Positions 1 to 12,603 of a stretch of DNA of 64,000 nt are shown here, piece after piece; the stretch's first letter is position 1; the number at the start of each line of letters is the position of its first letter. The notes beneath the pieces are model-generated. The model saw only the letters and a list, made by a program, of their open reading frames with translations. It did no database searches and was not told where the DNA came from. The position numbers and the translations under genes are program-made. Source of the stretch: Hydrolagus affinis (Eukaryota). Location: contig JAAILG010000151.1 of NCBI GenBank assembly GCA_012026655.1, forward strand, positions 62,001-126,000, in the 5' to 3' direction.

Positions 1-519
1 AGTGTATTGTCACATGCTTTGTGCAACTTTCAAGGCCCAATATCAGCACACAAAACCAACAGTGTGAGCTTCCAAAATGAGATTTTCTTATCGTTTCTTT
101 CACTGTGGGGGTAATTGGAACTTAGCAGCATATTAAGAGGCTGATAAGTGACATTTGTATTTTGTTGTTTTGACCTGAGGGAAGCGGGAACGTTTTTGCC
201 TCATCTTTTATTTGTCCTACTAATCCCTTTGATGTTTCTGCTGCTCCAAGAGTTCTGTATAGAGCCGAGCACAATGGTTAAAAGGGTTTTTGCTGTTTCT
301 TGACCCGTCATCTTAAGAACTTGCCATTTTTTAGTCAATTGAATGGATCTCCTTCATTATCATTTAAATGAGCCCTGTATCCCTCCAAATGCTGCAATTT
401 GAATGTGGTTGTAAAGCTGTGATAATTTGAAATATTCATTCCCTCAAGGGTAACATTTCAGAGGCACTGAATGCCATTGTTGCACATTCTCATATTTTTC
501 TGGGTGAGATGGGAAAATA

Positions 520-960
520 GGCTGGTAATTGTCTGCTAGCCGCTGGAATGGGTGCCCCGGTTAGCCCAGACATTGGCTCTAATTGTCATGGGGGGGGGAG
601 CTTGCCTGATGAATCACGGTGTATGCGAACAGCAGTCGGGGCCAAATTGAGTGATATAGCCAGAGCTCTGTGCAAATTGGCAATTATTAGCACAGCAGAA
701 AGGCTGGCAGGTGTGGAATGCCTTGCGAGCTTTTGATTGAAATAGGAAATAGCAAAATTTCTGTGATGAAGGCTATCTGATTAGAGCTGATGAAGCAGGT
801 ATTGGCTGCTGTGCTCGGGAACCTGACTGGAGTGGAGGTGCAGCCATTATTGGAATATTTGATTAAATTCTGATTACAGCACTGGTCGATTATTAATTTC
901 ATACCTGAATACTCTTTCAGCTACCACATGTTCTCTAAAGAGCCAATGATTAGTATCTAC
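520..960. promoter_or_regulatory. Candidate conserved non-coding element
   Basis: Repeat-free block rich in TAAT/ATTA/TGATT motifs inside an AUTS2-family locus. Conservation not verified. Confidence 0.4.
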
Positions 961-1914
961 CTTAGAATAGAAAATGTTTCCACAATAGCGATTGCAGTGT
1001 TTTTTGTCTAATTTAGAGTATATTTCGAGCAGCAATTTGTCATCAAACATATGCTCGATGCCCCCCTGGATTTAAAAATTGCCAGTTTATTTTGCTGGTC
1101 ACGTGCAGGGGAGGTCATGGGATTGAAAGGGTGGCATGTTACACTAATGGGATTTGTTAGAGTGCTAATGGTATATCACACACGTTCCTCCTTCAACTTC
1201 CAAATCTCATGATTTTTTTCCCTTCCTAAAAATTAGAATTTTAAATCTTGCTCGGTTTCTTGCCGTGTCAGGGCTCCCCACTTTTAATTTTTTTATGTAT
1301 TTGAGGACAGGCTTACAGCGATTCAAATGAGACAAACCAGAGTCACCTCTGGGACACTGTAGTACCTACACAGTAATGAATCATCCCAGGTAAAACAGGA
1401 TGGCTGCAAAAAATGAGTCGTGTTGTTTGAAGCACATTGGGTCGCAATGCACACAGGAAAGTAGGAGTTTTTCTTTTACTTCATTGGGCAGACAGACACT
1501 GAGAGATTGACGATGTGATTTCTTTCAGTCTCTTGAAGTGATTTTCAGAACTGAAATGTGGAAGCCCCCCAATATTGTCCCATGATCACCCCCCCACCCC
1601 TTCTGTCCCCCCTCCTCCTCGCCCCCCCCCACCCAAAATGAAAATAGCACTCCCACTAATTACATTTAATTAGGATTGGTCAAACCCTGAAATGAGCTGG
1701 CTCGATGAGAATATGGAACAAAGGATATTGTTAAATGTTTGAGCCAAGTCTGTCACCAAGTCAGGTGGAGCTGGCAATAATAGCTCAGCCCCCGCTGCCT
1801 GCCTGCCTGCTTGCCCTCCCTCCCAGTGCTGGGTACTGTGACTGGTGTTGTAATTGTCTGGCCGTTCAATACTGACTCTAACCTGTGTTTTTTTCCGCTT
1901 CTCTTTCTCCCCAG

Positions 1915-1950
1915 AGTTCTGCACATTCATTTTCAGGACGAGGATACTCT
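1915..1950 (+). CDS. FBRSL1: 36-nt internal coding exon of fibrosin-like 1 (AUTS2 family), equivalent to exon 4; peptide SSAHSFSGRGYS
   Basis: Branch-like CTGAC/CTAAC (1872-1882), long polypyrimidine tract ending CCCCAG at 1914, and donor GTAAGT at 1951. The exon is phase 0/0. The peptide is 10/12 identical to the human FBRSL1 segment as I recall it (SSAHAVSGRGYS); the paralogous AUTS2 36-nt exon reads SSAPSSLGTGYF. Confidence 0.87.
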
Positions 1951-2883
1951 GTAAGTCTTTGTAAATCTTTGAATATTACAGTCCAGCTCTCCGGAGTATC
2001 GGTGTTCTGTTTCCGAGCTAATTGCAGCATTTCAGCACACACACACGCGTCACAGCCACTTAGACAAAGTAATAAATTGCAAAAATAGGCTTCTAGCATG
2101 GGACTTCATTACATTCCTAGTAAAGGTAACATTAGATCCTGCTTAGTTTACGATACTCCTTTGATCTCAGGAAAGAAAGGGATAAACTATTAAGGGCAGG
2201 ATTTTAATTGTTTTCAGTCCCCTTTCGAACCCAAACATAGTTTTAGCTCTCAGCGATAGTTGCAGTTTTGCTTAATTACCAAATTGATGGCACCACACGC
2301 AATAAAGTTTGTAGAGTTTGCACACGTTTGTAAGGTCAAACTTTCATGCAAATCCTATTTTAAAACAACCTGCTTTCATGTCGTGCCCTTCACGCCAGAC
2401 GGGTTCTCGAATGCGCTTTACATTGAAGTCAATGGTTTGTCCTCCCCACCTGCTTCCAGGGCCTCCTGGGTGTCAGAGACCTAGTCGGGTTAGTTCATGC
2501 ACCATGTGCCTCCTTCCAAGTTCCATATCTCTTGATTGTTCTGTTCCTAAAACATTTTTATTTTGAGATTTGTTGTTGTTTCTCCCCTCCGTCTCCCCCC
2601 CCACCCCCACCCCCGGCTCAGTGTCAGACTCCACCATTGTCAAGCCTTCTGGGATGCGAACTGGGATGCGTCAACAACGTGATATAAATAAATGCATGTG
2701 TAATTCTAGCCACACCCCCACACCCCATACCATAATAATTATACCCAACCTTTAGCTAAAGATCTTCTCTCTCTCTTTTTCATTCAGTTAGCCATGCAAG
2801 TTCCCATCTGCATGTTCTGTGGTTAATGTGTACATTTTAGCAACACTTCAATACACACAATGCAAAAATTGGGAATCATATAT

Positions 2884-2990
2884 AGTAATAATCCTTGCAT
2901 TTGATGTAGCGCTTTTCACATCTTATTGACGTCCCAAAGCACTTCACAGAATATAATATAAAGTGAATTGACTGTATATTTGTGGGCGAG
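2884..2990 (-). mobile_element. 5'-truncated SINE 3' fragment
   Basis: AATAATCCTTGCATTTGAT...GTGAATTGACTGTATATTTGTGGGCG matches the full-length copies. Confidence 0.88.
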
Positions 2991-4027
2991 AGACAATCAT
3001 AGTATCTTCAGTGTATTGTGTCAGCCAAATAAGGCTTGGCTGGTGTACACTGGCTGGGTGTGTGGCACCTGAGATCAAGCATGTTTATCTTCCCATCAAT
3101 CCTGCATTTGAGACCACAATATAAAGGATTTTTACATTTCCATTAGTTTATTTCGTAGACAAATACAATGTTGGTAATGTATTTCACACTGTCAGAACAT
3201 GTAGAATTGAGAGGCCAGTATTGTTCTTTAACTGTGTGATTTGCAGCTTGTGTCCTCCTCGCAATTCAGGTAAGTTCAAATGAGAGGAGTGGAGAACAGA
3301 ATGACCCAATGCAAACTCTCCACACACAGGAGGAATGGTTCATGATTACTGACCAAAGACTATTCACTAAATAACCCTGCGTGTTTAAGTTGTCAACTGT
3401 TTTTCTAAAAGACCTGGTTTCATATTCTGCATTGTTTCTGCGGTGAAGTATATCATGAAGTAATAACTCATAGTGTATTGCATTGCTTTCAACATTCAAC
3501 ATTCGGCTGGTAGACAGGTATAAACGGAATAAAACAAATGTATTTAATTTTATGTAACTTTTTAAACTAACATTATTGATTTCAACAGGAACAGCGTAAT
3601 ATATAGTGATACACAGAGGCTGGAGATATTAGATATCTGTTTAACAGAAGGTAACTGTACAGTAGAGCAGTTTGTCCAACCTTAATTTTTAAAGCCAAGG
3701 TTTGTTCTCACAGGCAGTATCTTCCAGGCCCTGATCTCTGCTCAGCGGAGCCACGATTGCCCTTCCTGAAGCAGCGTTGCTGTCAGAGGGAAGTCAGTCT
3801 GGAAGTGTGGCTTTTCAGGAGCTGTGACTTGTGTAAATGTTGAGGTTTGCTATCTTCTGGCCTCAGCGGTTTCCAGCAGGTCCTGAAAAGCCTTTTTGCT
3901 GTAACACGGCAGCCAAGTCCTTGTTTTAATGTTTCCAGGCTGACATTAATGGATCACATTACTGCCTGACATTGGAGTCTGAGGTCGGTGACACTCACTG
4001 CGAAATGAGAGATGTTGCTTATGCAGT

Positions 4028-4304
4028 ACAAAAACACAAAGTGACATTTGCCTTTCACGTCATGAGGACGTCCCAAGGCGTAAACAGTCAGGGTTTAGGA
4101 GTTCTGGAGGATCTACAGCTTGTGGAGGGGAGAGCTGGGACGACTGACGAGCATAGTCGAGTCTGGTTATATAATAAAGGCATAGATGAGATTTTGGCGG
4201 CCTGAGGGGTGAGGCCGTGGCAGAGCAATGTTGCGGAGATGGGGGAGAGTCATGGCACGGATTTGAGGGAGGAAGGACAGTTGAAGGTCGAACAAGACGC
4301 CTAG
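4028..4304 (-). mobile_element. Decayed L2 LINE fragment: ORF2 C-terminal piece fused to the 3' tail
   Basis: Minus-strand ORF contains LGVLFDLQLSFLPQIR...HLRNIA...LIYAFI, typical of L2 ORF2 after the RT domain. Tail at 4028-4085. Confidence 0.85.
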
Positions 4305-5416
4305 TAGTACATCCTTGAATGCTGATGCTGCCAGTGGCTGAGATGTGGAGGCGCTGGCACCAGCCAATCAGGAGAGCTTCGGTCTTGGCTGACGTTCAAC
4401 TGTAGCAAGTTGTTGAATTTACTGTACTGCGTCTTCACACTGAAAGTACTTCTCCGTCCAGTAGTACTTCCGAGGTGTTGAATTACAGTCTGGTCTTTTC
4501 TGGTTGGTGGAGGATGTAGGGAAGGAATTGAAAGTTCTCCTCACAAGAATTAGGCAGCGCTGACGACACTTGGGAACCAGAACGCTTGACCTTTTGCTCA
4601 TAGTTACTGCACAAATCGGGAGACAGGCGGACCTGGAGGAACAAAATAATTTAACTGGAAAAGTAAACCTTTCCAGGTCTCCCTGTCTGTCTTTTAATCA
4701 TGTATTCACTGGGTGAGATCTTACAACTGCTCAAATCCTAACGCAGTGCCAGCTAAGTTGGCTTAATATAGGTGGCGTTCCATCTTCCCTCAGGCCTTGC
4801 AAATTTGTTTGACTCCAGTTTGTAGAACCTGTTTACCCAACCAAGTAAAGGCTCTTCACGTGACATAGCATCTGTATTGGCTGCTTAATCTCAGTTTCAC
4901 CTGGTGGTTCCTCTCTTGACAAATTTAGTCAGTTCGCCTTACCTGCCTTGTGCTTAACGCCGAGAGAAGTGCTCCTGCCTGGCCAATGTAACTCAATCGT
5001 GCAAATGGGCAGGCCGCAGAAACTTTAAAGGTGGCAAATGCTGACTATGAGAGTGATGTGATCAGACAGAGCAGAATTTGTAAATCAATGTCATGTCAAA
5101 AGAGATAAAACCTTATCAGCGAGGGGTTGGGGGGCACTGCACACGGCATTGATAGAAAAAGTAGCTTTACAAATGGCGAAGGGAATAAGAGGTGATAGGA
5201 AATCAATTCTAACAAAAGAAAATTTACTGAACAATGTAAAATAAATGTGCTCTTTGACTCCAGCAAAAAAAAACCTTAGTAACAATGTGTCGGCTACATT
5301 TTGAGAAATCTGTGTTGTGGTTGATGTCAAATTGTGTGGGGAGCTGAAGACATCAGGTGCCCAGCAAGTGTTTAACATTTAACTAGAGGTCTCTACTGGT
5401 CAATATTTCAATCACA

Positions 5417-5436
5417 CAGAGAGAGAGAGAGAGAGA

Positions 5437-5475
<39 letters not shown>

Positions 5476-5484
5476 ACACACACA
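5417..5484. repeat. Compound (GA)n-(CA)n microsatellite
   Basis: Directly visible. Confidence 0.95.
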
Positions 5485-6714
5485 GCATGTGCAAACAAGC
5501 GAAGAGAAATCACAGCCCTGTCCAACATTAGGCCTGTTAATGAACCATCGGATGTTTGGTGACAGCAGTGAAATTGGACTTCTTCATTCTCAGCCACCTT
5601 TCCATGGACTAAGATTCAGGTCTTCACTGGTCCCGAAAACATCAGAGTCGAATCAACCCCCAAAAAATAAAAGCACACCATTCTTCACAGGTGACTTCGG
5701 AAGCAGCCTCTGTATGTATGTACCTGCCATCCAGCCAGCCTCGTGCACTGTGTGTGTGTGTATATATATGTAGGGCTCTCTTGTGGTGCTTCAGTGTATT
5801 GTCATCATGTCTGCTGTGCTATTGGATCCATTTCTGTGAAATGGACCCAAAAAGTCACAAAAGTCACATGGGGTGGGGATCTGCTCACTGGAGCTCTGGC
5901 TGTCACAGATCACTGTGAGGCACTCTCTGCGTGGAGGGTGCTACATGATAAGTGCATATTGTCGTAAGGAGGCCATTCAGACAAGAGTCCAGCAAATGTC
6001 CCTCTCCTCTCTCTACACCTGCCCCCATGAGGGGCTTGGATAACTCACCCATTTATAAGGATTCTCACACCTCCAGCCAAAGCCAGGTGAATGTAGGCAC
6101 CTTGTTGTGACAGGCTGCTTGATGCCTGTTTCAGTTGTCGTCACAGCCAGTAGGAATGTACAGGTCCGTACCCTCGATGTGAGATGGCAGGATTCCTGAG
6201 CCACATTGCCAGAGCCATTAGCTCTTCAGACAACCGAACAGGGAAACTCAACAGACCTGACCTTGGCTCTTTTGCCGCACCGATATTGAACTCACCCCAT
6301 TTTGGTGCTGAACCGCACGGTGACTCTTGGCATAATAAAATAAGCTTTGCTACACCACCAGTCACATCGATAGATTGCAAAGGCTGGGCGAGGTTGGCTA
6401 GAGTTGGACCACGTGTGACTTTGCTCAACCATTCCTTTCTTGCCGTTGAGGGAGCACCTGAACGGCTTCTGCCTGAGTGTGGAGGCTTTCTGGCAGCACG
6501 GACACGATACAGATCATAAACTATAGATCAAGTTCAGTCCTTGCTGTGTTGGTGGGGGTGGGGGGGAGTGGGGTTGGGTGAGGAATGGACCCCAGAGACG
6601 GTAGATGATGGTAATGAATTTCTGTATCATTGTCTCCTCCACAACTGCTGGTCATTATCTTCCCATACGATGAGGAACTTTAGATTTTTTTTTCTCTACT
6701 TTTGTGTGTAGTTT

Positions 6715-7030
6715 ATCATTATTAATCAGATTTAATGTAATTCTATTTCAGAGCACCATTCGGTGGTGACAAGGTCAGCGCTGCATTAATGGTAACTGGC
6801 AGGATTGTCATTGAATGTCAGCACCTGATTAGATGTGACAGATTTGCATATTATCACACAGACGATGTCCATATCGCTCTAATTTAGCTAAATTGTGCCG
6901 TGTAGATTGCACTGATGTACATTCCACTCGTGGGGCTGTTCAGACTATATATGGCCTCATTACGACCTGTTCTCATCTGCCTTGATGTGTAATGCACACT
7001 CAATAACTCCATCCTTTGCATTTGATAAAG
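6715..7030. promoter_or_regulatory. Candidate conserved enhancer
   Basis: E-box CACCTG, Meis TGACAG (6836-6841) abutting octamer ATTTGCAT (6842-6849), and several TAAT cores. Confidence 0.5.
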
Positions 7031-10000
7031 GAACTTCTTTTAGAATTACGAATTGATGGCTTCAAATTGCTTCTGAATTTATCAGATAAGTGTGGTTTTC
7101 TAACCTTTTGCAAACAGTTTTACAGATATCTGGTACCTGTTAGTCCAGAGCTGTAACTATACTTGGATTAATTACTCAGTCAGTGTACCAGGACTTGGAA
7201 GCTCAGCAACATCCATTCCGAACCTGAAGATCAACAGTTTTATATGGTTCCTGTGGTTTATAGAATAATAGTAACTCAAAGCAGACAAGGGAGTCTGCAC
7301 TTTGAACTGTCTGCAAGTTGAAGATAATGCCAAATCAATATCTCTTCTCTATCCCCGTTCATGTACTTCGGACTTTTAACTGCCTGGTAAAGAAGAGGTG
7401 AGTTGTGATGAGAGTGCTTAAGCAACGGAGTCTGTTCTCAGACCGCTCGAGACTGCTGAAAATGGCCTTGTTTATTTTAGCGGCATAAACCAAGACACTC
7501 GGTAGAAAATGGAAAGGTGGCGACAATGTGAACGAGCCTAGGACTTGGCCACATTGTTCACGTAGATAGAACAAGCGCCTGACGTGGAGGGTGCTATAAA
7601 AATACAAGTTGTTGTTGTTGTTGCAGCAGGTGGATGGACTTTGGTGCACACAGGCCCAAGAAAAGAGTTTCTCCCAGTGCCCTGACCATCGATTTCCCTC
7701 CCCCAAAAAACTGCTGTGTTTTTTTTACCCACAAAATACAGAATCACACCATTTGACATTATATTCTGTAAATCATGTTGAGATGTCTCAGCAGCATAAT
7801 AATAGGCTACAACCAAATGCAAGGATTATTATATTACTGTCAAGTTTTTTTTCGCTGTTTCATAGAGTATTTTTAATAGTGTTTCTAATTATCTTTTTAT
7901 TCCAATGCTTGTGTGTAACCGGCACCTGCTGTCTTTAGACAACTTTAAACTTGGGTTGCAAAGAAATGTGATGGTTTTGCCCTGTTTGAATCAGTTTGGT
8001 GTCTTGGGACCCTTAAGACGTTACGAATAGATAGCAATCATTGGATTTGGTAACATTTAAAAGTGTGAATGAGATCTTTCTTTAGATCCTCTGTCCAAGG
8101 CTATACACACGTCTTAGGGGAGAGGTGACTGATGAGAAATAGCACATTATGGGGCATCAACAGATTCTGCAGCAATATATAAAAAAAAGCACTTTCGTTG
8201 CAAGATCTGCCATTTGCTTTGCTCTTAAATAGGGCAGCGCCATGCTGTAATCAGACATAAAAGGAGCCCAGTCTGTCTGATCGGTTCCACGTCTTATCGT
8301 AACGTTGATGATTAAATCAGAAGATAAGTTAGATGAGTGTACAGCAAGGTTCACTATTAGTGAGTTCAGGCTGCATTTTGGGGAAGGGGAGTGGGCTTGT
8401 GGGAGGCATGAAACAGGAAGTTCTGAAATACCAGCCCCAGTCTTGTTATCTGGGTAGTATCTGTGGTCAGTCTCTCTATAGCTTGTGGCTGACTTCTGGT
8501 TTCATAGAAATATGAGCTCAGTGAAACTGCACTTTGGTTCTCACATGTTTTGTCAGTTAGATTCTGATGTCTGTGGTAACGATGAGTCCTGGAGGTGTCT
8601 GGGTGCGGTTACAGCAACAGGAAGAGGGAGACATTTGGCCTGCAGAGACAGGAATAACTCTTATCAGATGGTAACCAAAAACGCTGATAAAGACGTGTGC
8701 TTTTTCTCAACCCGTTTCAGAAGGAAGCGAGATTGCAGCTACAAAATATTTAGTTTTTAAGTACAAAATTGGAAGTCTTTTAATTTATGTAAGTTGCCTT
8801 GTGATCCCCATTCCCCCCCCCCCCCCACCCCCCCTCGTGTTCTCAGCCCGTTTGCTGCACTTCTGCACTTCACTGCATTGCAGTGGGTCTCATGCTGGAA
8901 ATGCTTTGTTCTGCTGCACAATGGTGTGAGGCCTGCTGAAGGCCGTGTCATTTTCATCCCCACGGCAATGTCTGCAGGAGCCGAGAGCGACGCCCCGTAC
9001 AGCAGCGCGGCTGGCGGGAGTGTTTGCCGCCTGGCCACGCCTCAGTCTGACAGGGTGCACGAGACGGGAACCGTCACTTCACCCGGGGAGGGAAAGGTCA
9101 CAGAATGTGCCCCCCCACCTTCTTTGCACCACAATTGCATCATTTGCAAAGTATCGCGGACGCTTCCTCCTCAGCCCACATGCACTTGTGGAAGAACAGC
9201 AAAACAAGTTACGTGATAACTTGGCAATATCACTCACGTTCCTTCAACTGTCGTTACAACCAAAGTTTTGGTGTTAATTCAGATCATCGGGTTAGTCGGA
9301 GGTGAATTCTGTCTCTCTCTCTCTCTAGAGAGAGAGAGACAAACAGACAGAGAGAGAGGCGATGTGCACAGTTCAAGGAAAGCGAACTGCCTGTACTGAC
9401 CACCGCAGTGTCGCAGTTTCCTCAGGCATCGGGGTTCGAGCCGCGGCTTTACACACACCGACCGCAATGGAAGAAATCAAGTGTGAAATGATTCATATCG
9501 GTCCCTTCACTCACTCGCTTCATTTTCACAGTTCACACCAAGAGAGCGTTGGTATTTCTACCTTCATCTGCTTGCAGCGAGTCATGCATGCACCAAACAG
9601 ACAAACAGCAGAGAGAGTGGTTCCACCGGGCACGCCCACACAGAGCACGATGTTTTTCAGAGGGACAGGGTTATATGAAATTAACTACAATTCGGATTCT
9701 TTTCAAATGGTCTAAAACGGTTGTAAAATCCACTGCTAAAGCTCATGGGACCTGGGTTAGTGATTTCCCTGGTGCCGTTTATCAAATCACCCTTAAAGAA
9801 ACCAATGCTGTTTTGTTTACTGATGGATGTGGGGGAAATGTTTGTTCGGCCAAATCGACTCCAACAACCTGCATTAATGCAGCGCCTTTTCATATCAAAT
9901 AAATATCTTGACGCAGGTTACAAACTATTGTTGTTATTAGAAACAAGGCAACCCGAGAGGCCAATTTGAACCATTTTGCACTTAATTTTCCATCGTGGCT

Positions 10001-12490
10001 CATGTATCCGGAGGTTCAGGCGAACACCGGGGTTTAATCTGAACCAGCAGCGCCCCATAATCAGCAATAGGGTCCGGAGCCGTTTGAATTTAGGGGCAAA
10101 TTTGGATACGGAGAAAAGACATCAGGTAAGCAGCAGCGCAGGTCGCCAGTGTACACCACACCTGTTTGCTGAAACGTAAACATCGCGTGTAATAATTTGC
10201 CCTCAGAGGCTGCCCAATGTCTCGGATTTGATTTGTCCGAATGGGAAGCGGAAGTGTCTTGATGTGACACCAGATTTATTTACAGTGCGGGTGGGTGCCT
10301 CCCGACCCCTCAAACTGCCAGTGACGTTTTGAGTTGAAGTACTTGATGCTAACCTTGAGAAACCACTGAATATTCCAAGCTCAAGCTCATTGATGGCAAT
10401 CAAGATGAATATTGTTTGTCTGGTTTCAAACAGTGGCTGTCTGTAAAGTGTCACAAGAGATTTTTTTGTGAAGAAACGACACCTGTCTTTGTGAGTGGAT
10501 GACTGGATCTCCGATTATACTTAGTTGCTGTGTGATGCCTGTGAAGATAGATGCTATGCCACTGAATGCAGAGCCTGGGAGATCTCTTCAGTCTTGTCCA
10601 ACATTCGCACAAATGTGCTTCCCAGCCGAGGTCACTTTAACAGGGATCAATGCTTGGAATCTGACTGAATATTTTCCCTTTCCCGGTCCAAGGGAACCAA
10701 GGCCAACTTCAGCAGAACCGACACTAACTCCCTGGCAGGGCTTGAGCCTAGAGCTTGTTTGCCGGGTCTCAGTGCCGAGCCACACAACTTATTATTTACT
10801 GGATTACCTGTGGGAAAGTCGGCTTTTGATTTCTTGAGAAGAATATGGTGTGTATTCATGTGTACAGTCGGCAACCTGTGGCCCAGTCTGGCACGCGCTT
10901 TAAACGGTACAGAGAGGCATTTAGTGTGAGATTCCCGAGGAGACCAGAGCAAACACAACGGTTTTGCTGGGTTTTTTTGTGTGTGGTTACAGAAGCAGTA
11001 AAACCCCAAAAATTTCAAGCGATTTCGACACCACTTTGATCTGTTTTCCCTGGGCGCGATCTGCTGGCACGTGTCTTTGTGATTTGATTGAAGTTGGTTA
11101 TGTATCTCTGGCTATTTTTCTGTCTTTCCTCCTTGAGCTTCATCTGATGAAGTTTCACCCGTTTGCCGGCAGAAATGATTTCTTCCGCAACCTCAAACAG
11201 CTTTTTCAACATTGCAGTGTTGTTATTAGAACACATTGCTGAAGAGAGAACTAAATCTGCAGGCATTAGGAATAGCCAACCGATAAAATGAACATAACCA
11301 CCCCGCACCCACCCTATTATCAAAGCTTTTACTTATCAGATTCCTGATTTATAATTTTATTTGCAGAATAAATTCATGTTCTATCAGATGAGAGAACGCA
11401 TTGTGCATGGGATACAGGGTTAACCGCTCAGTCAGTAACTGCTACAAAAGCCTGGTTGAAGGAACGTCCCAATTATAGCGTTCCACTGTCTTTATTTCCG
11501 TTTAATCTGGACTATCTATCATACTTTTGCTCATTTCACAGTCTGTATCAGTTCAGTGACTCTGGCCTGCTCTCAACAAAGGATACACTTGGATTATCTC
11601 TCGCCAGGCAGTCGTCCCCAGCGGTTTGCAGGTGCTCGCGTTTCATTGCCCTCACACACTGAGACGCACAGCACAAATTAGTAACAGAGTCCAATAGCTC
11701 AGCACGCCACCATCAAAGGATTGACATTTTCAGCCTTTCCAAAGGGGTTTCTTTGTCAAAACCACACCATGAACCCTGTCCAGCTGAAAGGCTATTTGTC
11801 TGGCCCTGTGTGCGGCACTACTGTAGTGTTGAAGCCTGCTGCTCGCCTCACGCTGAGACCCTGACTGTTGCTGCTAGCAACAGATAAAAATCACTGTTAA
11901 CTGCAGCAAGACCCACAGCACATCAATCACAGGCCTAGATGAAGGCTTTGGGGTCTAGCCTATTCTCTAGATTTTACTGCGCGCTTTCCAGTGACTGAAC
12001 ACTCTATGGTGCAGGCTGGCTCATTCAGTTCAGAAAACTTTATTTCCATGAATAAAGGTTTTGACTGATTTTTCTTAAAAGGCGCTGTATTTAAAAGAAG
12101 TTAATTCTTGTCAGGACATTTGTCCAAAGGGAGGCAAGGTTTTGAAGAGAGTTGGGCTGTGTCATGCTCTTAAAGTGGGACAATTGAGTAAAGCCTCGTG
12201 TAATTGTGTACAAAGGGCTTTTTAAAATAAGCCAAAACTGCTCCCGCGTTTAGGGGTCATCTCTAAAGCTTGCTTTATGTGCAGTTTTTAGCCTTTTATT
12301 GAGATTGTTATAAGGCCGACCTTTAGATGACAGGAGGGTGAAGCATGTTCTGATGGAGTGTTTGAATGGAGCCAATGAAATGTGTTAACACTTCATTTCT
12401 CGGACAAAGCTCATTATTTTCACTGGGAACAACCTGACCCACAGAGCGGTTTGTACTGCAGTCCCCAACACCTCCCCCCCCTGCACCTCA

Positions 12491-12603
12491 CTCCCCTCAC
12501 CCACCAGCCCACACTCCCCTCACCCACCAGCCCTCACCCCTCCTCACCCACCAGCCCTCACCCCCCTCACCCACCAGCCCACACTCCCCTCACCCACCAC
12601 CAC
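12491..12603. repeat. C-rich minisatellite, ~23-24-bp unit CTCCCCTCACCCACCAGCCCACA, about 5 copies
   Basis: CCTCACCCACCA recurs five times at 23-24-bp spacing. Confidence 0.92.

Noticed and set aside
5500-5660. Possible LF-SINE-like relic on the minus strand
   Set aside because: Only a short, weak resemblance from memory; not supportable without a profile search.
6752-6773. TTTCAG|...GACAAG|GTCAGC as the next FBRSL1 exon
   Set aside because: 22 nt rather than 30, does not encode CDSES, and has weak splice sites.
8794-9277. GC-rich overlapping ORFs (140 aa and 110 aa)
   Set aside because: Open frames are explained by local GC content. No matching splice pair or known peptide.
12491-12603. 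CRISPR-like repeat array
   Set aside because: Contiguous tandem units with no unique spacers and no cas genes, in a vertebrate context.
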